Shown one piece after another: positions 1 to 9,424 of a stretch of 64,000 nucleotides of DNA. The translations under genes were made by a program, and so were the position numbers. Each line of letters starts with the position of its first letter. Within the stretch, counting starts at the first letter, position 1. The notes beneath the pieces were generated by a model, which worked only from the letters and a program-made list of their open reading frames with translations, had not been told where the DNA came from and ran no database searches. The DNA is taken from the NCBI GenBank assembly GCA_964199315.1, contig OZ116707.1, positions 6,634,001 to 6,698,000 on the forward strand, given 5' to 3'. This stretch comes from Orbicella franksi (lineage: Eukaryota).

Positions 1-67
1 TTCTTCTACAACAGCTCGATCTCCATTTTTGGCTCTCCTTCAGACTTACATGATCCATGTGATTTAA

Positions 68-986
68 ATGAGCATCCTTCTGAAAGTCTTGTTAAGAAAG
101 CTCAAAAACTTTTTGACAGTGAAAAAAAAAAAAGATGGAAGAAATCCATCTGGTGTCAAAATCACAGGAATAGGACAATTCCCTGAAGAGGGCCTAACCA
201 TTCTGAAGCAGTTGTGCACAATAGCAGATACCAAGCATAAAGTGTCTTCTGAAGCAAATTGGTTGGCACAACTAAAATGCTCCTCAGGACTTCAAGAAGT
301 TCTTTGGCATCATCCACGAAACAGTTCAATTCTGAGGTTTGGAAAGAAAAGCATCAATGTAATTTCTTTTTCAAATCTTGCTGAGAGGTACATCAACAGT
401 TTTATTATAGACATTTCCATTGGAAAGTACATTGAAGAGGCCAGAGCAAATGGGAATAATGACACCATTTACTTTCCTACAAAAGTCTATGAATGGACGA
501 AGTCTGGCAATGCAACATTTAAACAAACTAAAGTGACAATGGAAACATCCATTTTAACAAATTTTGAGTCTTAAACAAATCTTGGTAACAGTCCACATGC
601 CAAACCACTGGGGTCTAGTAGTTCTTGACCTGGCAAATATGAACATTTATTTTGATGATAGACCAACATCTGTTGTCCCACCTATCGTACGTCCTGCTAT
701 CAAAGAGTTGCTACATATGCTTGCTGAAATGCATCCATCTCACCCAAACCTCCAAACACAGTTCTGGCAGCGTTGTAATTACTTAAGCCGCTTTGGAATG
801 CCATCACAAGCACCTGTTGACTCCAGAATGATTTGCACCGGAGGTTGTGGCATTGGTGTAATTATGGCTGCCAAAGCTTTCCTCGAAAAGGGTTCCTTGT
901 ACATCAGAAATTTTCAGTGGTGCTATTGTGACATGGACTTACACCGAAAAGATCTTATGTTACAGATTTTAAATTGGAGTGTTTAA
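68..986 (+). pseudogene. Ulp1/C48-family SUMO-protease-like pseudogene (frameshifted)
   Basis: Two overlapping ORFs (68-574, 564-986) in different frames join into one C48-like domain. Motifs in catalytic order: His (VHMPNHWGLVVLD), Asp (IYFDD), then Gln and Cys (PSQ...GGCGIGVI). The frameshift near 570 indicates decay. Confidence 0.7.
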
Positions 987-1085
987 TTTATTTCATATCA
1001 TATTTTTTTGTAATTAACTGTTTGCCTTTTTGTAATGCTGGGGTAACAAGTACTACTTGTTATAACCTGCATAACTGAAAGAAAA

Positions 1086-1412
1086 CTGAGGGCAGAATAT
1101 AATTACCCAATAGAATATGCACTAATTTCAAACTCGGTTCTGTCATTCTTGTGTAGTCAGTTCAATTTGCGCTGTTGTTATCTGAGGACAGAATATAACC
1201 CCGATAGAATATGCACTAATTTCAAATTCGGTTCTGTCTTTCTTGGGTGATCAGTTCAATTTGAACTGTTGTTATCTGAGGACAGAATATAACCCCAATA
1301 GAATATGCACTAATTTCACACTCGGTTCTGTCTTTCTTGGGTAGTCAGTTCAATTTGAGCTGTTGTTATCTGAGGACAGAATATAACCCCAGTAGAATAT
1401 GCACTAATTTCA
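1086..1412. repeat. Tandem array, ~94-bp unit, ~3.4 copies
   Basis: CTGAGG(G/A)CAGAATATAA...AATTTCA recurs at 1086, 1182, 1276 and 1370 (spacings 96, 94, 94). Confidence 0.9.
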
Positions 1413-1795
1413 ATGGGTCAGGTCAATGGTCAATTGTGTTATTGTTCAACGAGGAGAGGAGTGGAATGGGCAAATGCCAAAAGGGTCTAAACATCACTCA
1501 AACGATTTTGCGCAAGCAAAAAATTTGTGCACAACACGACAAATCAAAAAAATCTTGTTAGTTAGTCAAAGAAAATCATTAATGAAAAGCTCTTAGTCAT
1601 ATTTTTAATGGTCCTACCACCCCTTCCTGGAAAAAAAATGTCATGTTGGCGATCTGCCAAGCACAGCGCTAGCGATAGGGCAAGGGATAGGAATAGACAA
1701 AGGAAGAAGAACAAGAAGGGTGTCGAAAACTCACTTCAGCTAGCTAGTCCGGTAAAAGCCTTGACGCTGCCAAGCAGCAAGAAGCAAGACTGAGC

Positions 1796-2373
1796 ATGGT
1801 TCAAGAAAAAAGCCCTGAACCAACCCAAAGACCAGACCAAGCATCAAAAAAGCACGCAGTTAAATACCTGTGTACACACCACGAAGAATCTATTATGGAA
1901 ATTGATCCTTCAGAAATCATCAGATCTGAAAAATCATTGGGGCAAGGAACCTTTGGTATGTGCTATTTAGCACACTACTGGGAGATCTTGGTGGCTGTCA
2001 AGGAGTTTAAGCTGAAAAAATCATGGTCACTTGCACAAATGAAATGGGAGGTCTTTCACGAGAAAAGTGGAATCCCTTGATTATTAATTTCAGGAAGGTG
2101 CGATTCATCTTTAAGCCGAAGCCACTAATGTCTTTGTCTTCCTCCACGCAAGAGAGATATTGCAAACTTTATTCGCACATCGCCACTGAAATCGTGCAGG
2201 GAACACGACAACAGAGTGTGGCGTCCAATGTTTTTTCCTTGGGGAGAATGGCGTTAGCTATTCTGGATTTATTGCCAACAGCTACTGCCAATTCACTACA
2301 TTCAGTGAGAAAAGCGACGTCGGATGATGCAGCGAAATGTCCATGGCTAAAAGAAATGTTTGCTGTTCTTTAA
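1796..2373 (+). pseudogene. Protein kinase pseudogene with internal deletion
   Basis: Subdomains I-II (LGQGTFGMCYL, VAVKEFK) are followed in another frame by degenerate VII (IINFRK for DFGK), VIII (HIATEIV for APE) and IX (SNVFSLG). The catalytic loop region is absent. Confidence 0.75.
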
Positions 2374-2384
2374 GCAATTGTTTT

Positions 2385-2775
2385 GACTGACATTGTAGGA
2401 TTTGACTGGCATTCGTAGAGTTTTAACGGGCATGGGAAAACAATGTTCTCAGTTGTAGTTTGTAGAGTTTTTAATAATAAGTGAGAGAAATTTGTATGAG
2501 TATGATCTTTCACTTCTCGCAGTATCTTGCGATCTTATCCCGGGATTTGAATTGTGTCAATAATTTGATGAAATTTTTAATGTTTTCTATTTGAATGACT
2601 GCCATTATAGACTTTTTTACGGGCACGGGAAAACAATGTTCTCAGTTGTAGTTAATTTGCAGTTTTTAATAATATGTGAGAGCTTCACACAGTATCTCAC
2701 AATCTTATCTTGCGATTCAAATTGTGTCAATAATTTGGTGAAATGTTACATGTTTTCTATTTGAATAACTGCCAT
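2385..2775. repeat. ~170-190-bp tandem repeat array; its third copy continues at 7179-7355 after the Ginger insertion
   Basis: The unit GCCATTATAGACTTTTTTACGGGCACGGGAAAACAATGTTCTCAGTTGTAG...AATTGTGTCAATAATTTG recurs. Sequence resumes in register at 7179. Confidence 0.85.
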
Positions 2776-5700
2776 TGTTACGCCACAAAATGTAATAACT
2801 GACACAAAATGTAATAGTAACGCAAAATGTAATAACTTTTGCCACAAAATGTAATAGTAACATAAAATGTAATAACTTTCGACGCAAAATGTAATAACGT
2901 CGGTAACACAAAATGTAACAACTTTTGACGCAAAATGTAATACATAAAAGTAACGCAAAATGTAATAGCATAAAACGTAATAATGTTTTGGTTGGTATAT
3001 ATTTGTTCGAAATATAAGGAATTACATGTGGGTAAGGGACAGAACATCTGTCTTTTTTTAAAACTGGCGGACGCCACGAGTTTTTCCAAAAGGCTACTTT
3101 GATTTTTCCAGGGGAAAAGGGGTGAATAGGTGAACTCTCGTGAAATTCCTGTAGAAAAGTATTTTTTCATATAAAAAAGCCCTCCAAATAACACATGCCT
3201 TTCTTTATTTTGAAATTAAGGTACAAAAACTACGATTTGCAATGGTATATATGCTAACTTTATATAGCAACAATGAAATATTCAATTCTTTATCCGTTAT
3301 ATTGTCACACTAATTAACGTACTAACAAACAAGTGAATTTGTCCAATTCAACGTCTTGCAATATCATGCTAGAAGCGAGTCAGCTCCTTTTTTTTAAATA
3401 AAAATTGGTAAAAGAATTATGCATATATATTTTAAATTGATGAAAATCTTATTTCAAACGAAATCTAACTGCAACTCTGAGGAAGGAAAAATGAAACTTG
3501 AAAATGTAAACTGAAACTTAAACTTTAAACTATTTCAGGGCTCTTTTAATTGCGGGTTCTCCAGTAAATCTTGGAGACACCGTACCACCCATAGCTGTAA
3601 GCTACTAAGCGAACCCAGGCGTTTGCCCAGTTCTTAGCATTAATTATGTGTTTTAGAGCGATTACTGCTCCACTGTTCTTTCCCTTTATGTTTATTATTT
3701 TTCGTATGCTTAGCTGGTGTATGTCGGCAACATCTGCTAGCTCTGGAAGGTAAATTTGTGGAAGAGGTACGTTGTCGATGATCCGTTTGAAAAACCGCGA
3801 AACAGCTCTCAGGGTCTGCCGCATCTGTGGATATCTCCCCACTGTTGTTTCTATAATGTTCTCCGAAACATCTGGATTAAGGAAAGAACCATAGTCTGTA
3901 TTACACCCGTTTGACTGACTTGCATGATCATTTTCCTGCTGTTCATATCCACATTTGTTATTGGTATCTTGCTCTTCATTTTCATGCAATCCGGTTCGGT
4001 CACCATGGGCTGTGTTGACGTCTGGAGCGTGTCGATCTGTTTTGGTATGGGACTGATATGCCCCATCCAATTCGGACTGTTGATCTTGGACCGGGGGGAC
4101 ACAATTATACTCTGTGTCGGTCGGCTCAGAACTTCGCATTTCTGGATAACTTCCTCCTGTTGTTTCTGTAACGTCCTCCAAAACATCAGGATTAATGTAA
4201 GCACCATAATCTGTATTACACTCGTTAAACTGACTTGCACGATCGTTTCCCTGCTGTTCATATCCACATTGGTTATTCGTATCTTGTTCTTCATTTTCAT
4301 GTAATCGGGTTCGGTTACCATGGGTTGTATTGATGTCAAGAGCGTATTGATCTGCATCGCTCTGGGACTGATCCCCTGGTTCATTTAAACCTGATGTGCT
4401 ACCTAAATCAGACTGTTCATCTTGGACGGGGGAAAGACAATTGTACTCTGTGTCGGAGCGATCAGAAATTGTTTCGTCTGCCAAGCACACATAATGCTCT
4501 CCAGCTCCCTCAGTGAAGTGACCTAGATAAAATGTCGCAATGGGACAGCCATTCGTAGGGGAAATTGTCTGTGTAGCCGTTGCACCGAGAGTGGAATATA
4601 CAACAATTTGTATATTAAATATATCAGCTGCTGCTTGGAGCGTTAAGTGATCACCATGTGTTCCATTGCGTGCCATTAATCGCAGATATTGGCTCCAAGG
4701 CGTGCCAGCGAATAATTCCAAAGGAGTCCCGTCTGGAGAGTTTGGATGCGACTCCAGAAATGACACAGTCTCTTTTCTTAATGTTTCTGCAGACCGGAAG
4801 ACGCCAATGTTCACAAGTTCATGACAAAGTGCAGAAAATTGGCAGTTGCCATCTTTGGGCGGGTCATAGCTGATTAAAAAATTCATCTCAGACTGCATGT
4901 CAGTGAATTTCTCCCTATGATTTGAGAAAGGTATCAAATACTTCTTTTTGTGCATTTTCTTGCTACTCTGGCATGCGAGCTTTCTCTTCCTCTTTTCTTT
5001 GTCAAGTGTTGTACTTGTCATGTCATTAACGGAAATCCATTTAGTCAGAATCTTGGAAGAGCCAGCTGGAAATGTAAATTGAACTTTGTGTTTACAAGTT
5101 TTCAAATTTCTCTTAAGTATTCTTGCCATTAAGATAGACCTCTTGCTACCTATTTTTTTCGCCGCAGGGTAGCGAATCAGCACCTTTTCACCAATATCAT
5201 AAACTGAAGGTGGATTGTTCCTCAGTCCCTTCTGGATCATGCGGTTTTCGCATCTTTTACTTGCCACAGAAGCAGCTTTCCGTATTCGATTAACTTGTAT
5301 ATCATGGGATTCGTAATCTTTTGGTCGCGAAGATATCATCTCCTCGTAAGCTTCGTTCTCGACATTCCATTCTTGTGCAGTGGTGGCCTCTGATAGTTCA
5401 TCTTTCCTGAAAGGTTTGCGCCCATAATAAACTTCAAAGGCAGACTTCCAAGATAGCTCCTCCTTAACTTCTTGATTTAATGCTCTTGCGTATTCTGGTA
5501 AACATTTTGCCCAGTTCACTCCTGTTTTCCGCATAGTCAATAAATCGTACATAATCTTTTTCTTAAATGTTCTGTGGGTCCGTTCTACTTTTCCCTGTGA
5601 CTGCGGGTGGTATGGACGCCCTTTAATTACTTTAATACCAAGCTTCTTGCACAGTCTATTGACAGCACCGTCAAATTTTCGCCCCTGGTCGTGCTGTATG

Positions 5701-7178
5701 ACGCGAGGAGGCCCATGCTCTTTGTAAACGTTTGAAAGCGCCGCCGCAATCGAGCTGCTTTTCTTCCCCTCCAGTGGAAAAAGCCAATGGTACCAGCTAA
5801 ATACATCTAAAACGGACAAGACATACTTGAATACTTTTCCTTTCCACTTGACTGGCATACTTTCCATGCTTACTAAATCCACCTGATGGCGGATTTGTAC
5901 AGCTTTAGCGCGTACTGGCTTTAAAGCAGCTTTGTTTCGGAATCGAACATTCAGTCGTTGATGTAGGCACGACTTTCCAAGCACACTTCTGACGTCTCTT
6001 TCTCCCACGCCACTACAGACATCTTTTAGATGGTGATAGATTTTCCTCACACCCGAACCTTTTGTTGCCTTGAATGCTTTCGCTACAATGCTCGATACAG
6101 CTGATTTTTTCATTACTGGCTTACCATTGTAGCATACCTTGCCCCCTTTCAGAGATACATGGTCGCGATTTTGCCAAAACCGTACAAGAGCGGATTTCTG
6201 CTTGGTGGTTCTTTGCTTCAATGGGACGTTAAATTTTCCTTTGAGCAACTCGAGAAATGTCTCATACGTCTCATCGTCGAGTGATGAAATTGCGGAAATT
6301 TGTTGCACGTTACTGGCAATGATTATGAATAAAAACCAATACCACAATATGGTGTTCATGGTCGACTTGAACGAAGATGTGGCCAGCATTGGTATACTAA
6401 GTCTTATTGAAACGACAGAGGAATGTGTTACTTTGGTTTCACATTACTGCTGATAAACAGTGGCCTGTGGTCGGTCAACTGACCCCTTACTGACCTCTAC
6501 AAACTTTTCGTGAAAAAAAATATTTTTGCCAAGTTTGTCATACATGGATGGAAAGTTGCGTTTCCTGCCACATAAAACAATTAACATTGACAAAATGGCA
6601 ATGTTGCTCTAACATTGTCTTAAGCAGATATATTTTAGATATATTTATATCCCTTACCCAACATTGATAAAATGGCATATTCTTTTATATTCTTGCACAA
6701 GCCATCCCTTACTTCCAATTATTTTCCGAGTTATCATTTATCTATAAAATCAGGTTCTTTAAGATCTTAGTGTACAGCTTAATTTAAAGATGTGCATGGA
6801 AATTCAATCATTTTAAGTGGGAAGATTTTGCTATCAATTGTACCTTGATATTGAAACTCTTCCCTAGAGCAAGTCTCTGATGGGTGCCTATTACGATCTT
6901 AATAAATAAAAAATAATAATTAAAAAATAAATAAATGAATATTTCCAACAAACATATACCAACCAAAATATTACTACATTTTGTGCTATTACATTTTGCG
7001 TTACTTTTATGTATTACATTTTGCGTCAAAAGTTGTTACATTTTGCGTTACCGACGTTATTACATTTTGCGTCGAAAGTTATTACATTTTGCGTTACTAT
7101 TACATTTTGTGGCAAAAGTTATTACATTTTGCGTTACTATTACATTTTGTGTCAGTTATTACATTTTGTGGCATAACA
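2776..7178 (-). mobile_element. Ginger (Gypsy-integrase-related) DNA transposon, apparently full length
   Basis: Termini TGTTA...TAACA. ~240-bp TIRs (2776-3015, 6939-7178), each with ~10 copies of CAAAATGTAAT. 5-bp TSD GCCAT (2771-2775, 7179-7183). One long integrase ORF inside. Confidence 0.93.
3546..6389 (-). CDS. Ginger transposase: rve-type DDE integrase + OTU deubiquitinase domain + C-terminal F-box-like motif, 947 aa
   Basis: Uninterrupted ORF. DDE residues in QVDLV, QHDQG and KVERT (34 residues between the second D and E), with YHPQSQG. GPY/F-like YDIGEKVLIR. OTU motifs DGNCQFSAL, GDHLTLQAAAD and EHYV. The true start or an upstream exon is uncertain. Confidence 0.88.
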   Translation of the reverse strand: MLATSSFKSTMNTILWYWFLFIIIASNVQQISAISSLDDETYETFLELLKGKFNVPLKQRTTKQKSALVRFWQNRDHVSLKGGKVCYNGKPVMKKSAVSSIVAKAFKATKGSGVRKIYHHLKDVCSGVGERDVRSVLGKSCLHQRLNVRFRNKAALKPVRAKAVQIRHQVDLVSMESMPVKWKGKVFKYVLSVLDVFSWYHWLFPLEGKKSSSIAAALSNVYKEHGPPRVIQHDQGRKFDGAVNRLCKKLGIKVIKGRPYHPQSQGKVERTHRTFKKKIMYDLLTMRKTGVNWAKCLPEYARALNQEVKEELSWKSAFEVYYGRKPFRKDELSEATTAQEWNVENEAYEEMISSRPKDYESHDIQVNRIRKAASVASKRCENRMIQKGLRNNPPSVYDIGEKVLIRYPAAKKIGSKRSILMARILKRNLKTCKHKVQFTFPAGSSKILTKWISVNDMTSTTLDKEKRKRKLACQSSKKMHKKKYLIPFSNHREKFTDMQSEMNFLISYDPPKDGNCQFSALCHELVNIGVFRSAETLRKETVSFLESHPNSPDGTPLELFAGTPWSQYLRLMARNGTHGDHLTLQAAADIFNIQIVVYSTLGATATQTISPTNGCPIATFYLGHFTEGAGEHYVCLADETISDRSDTEYNCLSPVQDEQSDLGSTSGLNEPGDQSQSDADQYALDINTTHGNRTRLHENEEQDTNNQCGYEQQGNDRASQFNECNTDYGAYINPDVLEDVTETTGGSYPEMRSSEPTDTEYNCVPPVQDQQSELDGAYQSHTKTDRHAPDVNTAHGDRTGLHENEEQDTNNKCGYEQQENDHASQSNGCNTDYGSFLNPDVSENIIETTVGRYPQMRQTLRAVSRFFKRIIDNVPLPQIYLPELADVADIHQLSIRKIINIKGKNSGAVIALKHIINAKNWANAWVRLVAYSYGWYGVSKIYWRTRN

Positions 7179-7789
7179 GCCATTATAGACTTTTTTACGA
7201 GCACGGAAAAACGATATTCTCTGTTGTAGTTTGTTGAGTTTTTAATAATGTTTGAGAGCAATTTGTATTAATATGATCTTTCAACTCTTGCAGTATCTTG
7301 CGATCCTATCTCACGATTCAAATTGTGTCAATTTGATGAAATGTTTAATGTTTTCTTGCTGTATAAATGAGATTTTACTGTCACACCAGTAAAATATAGT
7401 TAATGGATTCTCAATGAGCCGTTCATGGCGGCATCACTTTCTATAGAGCTATTGAGCAGTTGTATTCCAAAGGTCAGCAAGCTGTAAGCTTTATTGTAGC
7501 TAAACCTAAAACATTGTAGCCTTGTTATGTTCAGAATGTAATAACGAACCATAGCATTGGTGCAAAGCATTAAAGCACTATTCACATTTAAGATGTTACA
7601 CGTGCTGGGGTAAGCTGTTCAGTAGCACAGCCTTTTCTACTGGCTTACCAGCAGATGAACGTCTCCACATAAAAGCTCAGAAAACTGTTCAGAGTCCACT
7701 TTGAGTTTGTCTAAGCAACGTAGCTATTACTTATTGTAAATCTATCATTTAATTTTTAAACCTTCCATGATTCACCCTCGCTGCTCATC

Positions 7790-8340
7790 AAACAATGCTT
7801 GGGTCGCTACCAGAAGTGAAGAACTATCGAAGCTATCCAGCGAGGTCCTAAAACTCCATCTTCAATCGCTGAATTTGCCCATAACAGGCTCCAAAGTGCA
7901 ACTCCTTGCCCAGCTCAAGCAAGCATCAACGGGAAGGCCAGTCAATCCAAACGAAGACCTGGTCTGCCTTAACGCACTTGTCCTACGGCAAACAAAACAT
8001 CTACGCAACAGCTGTCCACTGCAACTAGTGGAATCAATGCCACACAAGGCCGGCGTCTCAGCATTCCGGAGTACAGCGCCCTCTCCAACTGCGCCTCGCT
8101 GTCTTCTATTGAAGACATGCTACAGTCAGATGCAGAGGAAGATCTCTTCCATACCAATCAGTCTACCGATCAAAGAGATGCCCTTAGTCCAGCACAGCAT
8201 TTTGCCATAAGGACATTGTATCCCAGTCTGCACACAGCACTCTTCACGCTGTTCGTACAAATAGCGCCTTCAGCCCAACGCACTCCGGCAAAACTCTCGC
8301 AGGTTCGGGTATGGCATCTCCCCTGGGTCTTTCAAAGTGA
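7790..8340 (+). pseudogene. SAP-motif-containing fragment, possibly ORF1/gag relic of a DIRS/Ngaro-type retroelement
   Basis: LSKLSSEVLKLHLQSLNLPITGSKVQLLAQL fits the SAP helix-extended-helix pattern. The rest is frameshifted low-complexity sequence. The retroelement assignment is inference. Confidence 0.45.
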
Positions 8341-8459
8341 ACAAATAATGCGATATCGATGATTTGATTTCTATAGTCTCTACAAATTAACATGATAACA
8401 AAGGATCACACATTTTTCAAGTGAATACCTTTTGAAATTGTAAAAGCGGATGATATCAT

Positions 8460-9424
8460 TATCATCCGCTTTTACAACGGGAAAAGCAAATTTGTGCTGT
8501 CATATCTAAAGTATTACCCAAGCCGATTGCCGACTCCATCTGTCCCAAAGGTTCTAGACTCGCACACTTATATGGCCTACCAAAGAAGCATAAGGCACAA
8601 CTTGCTATGCGCCCAATTCTCTCCGCTACAAATACATATAACTATGCGTTGGCTAAATGGCTGGATGAAAAATTGAAACCACTCTCATGCAATCAGTACA
8701 TGGTTACAGACACCTTTGAGTTTGTCAACGAAGTACAAAGCCTTGAGATCAACAGAGGTGATATCCTAGTATCCTATGATGTCACCTCTTTATTCACCAA
8801 TGTACCACTGGATGAAACTATCCAGATTTTAGCTGACAAAGCTTTCAGCGATGACTGGTTCAGCAAGACCCATGAACTGAACCTATCAAGAGACCAGCTA
8901 ATTGAACTACTCAACACAGCCACTAAGAATCAACTATTTCAGTACAATGGAAATCTCTATGAGCAAACAGATGGGGTCGCAATGGGATCCCCTCTTGGTC
9001 CTCTGCTCACCAATGTTTTTATGTGCTCCATTGAAGACAAACTCAATCAAGATTGCAAATTGCCCTCCTATTATCGACGATATGTTGATGACACCTTTAC
9101 CATCATGCCTGACATAGCATCAGCCGAAATTTTTCTTGACACCTTAATCCATTGCCACCCATCAGCAAAGTTTACTATGGAGGTGGAACAGAATGCCTCG
9201 CTTCCTTTCATCGGTGCTCAACTATTAAACTTAGCCCCCAGAATCAAGACCAAGGTCCACGTAAAACCAACCAACACGGGCCTTTTACTCCACTACCTGA
9301 GCCATGTTGACATTCGGTACAAGCGCAGTCTAATTACCACCATGTTAGATTGTGCTTACCGCATATCGTCCGACTGGTTGTACTTCTCACAAGCATGCGA
9401 TCAACTTGAGATGGTTTTCATTAG
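8460..9424 (+). mobile_element. Penelope-like element, RT fragment truncated at both ends
   Basis: The frame is open from YHPLLQREK (8460) through SRLAHLYGLPK, SYDVTSLFTNVP, GVAMGSPLGP, YRRYVDDTF and TMLDCAYRISS. Similarity stops near 9424 and there is no GIY-YIG domain. Confidence 0.9.

Noticed and set aside
1086-1412. Regularly spaced repeats as a possible CRISPR array (also 2776-3015 and 27725-28520)
   Set aside because: The whole unit repeats, with no unique spacers. There are no cas genes and the context is eukaryotic.
2717-3194. ORFs over the Ginger TIRs (also 6935-7237)
   Set aside because: They are translations of the CAAAATGTAAT array (repeated VITFC/LLHF), not genes.
3851-4384. 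Alternative-frame and antisense ORFs inside the Ginger CDS
   Set aside because: They are shadow frames of the duplicated low-complexity segment.
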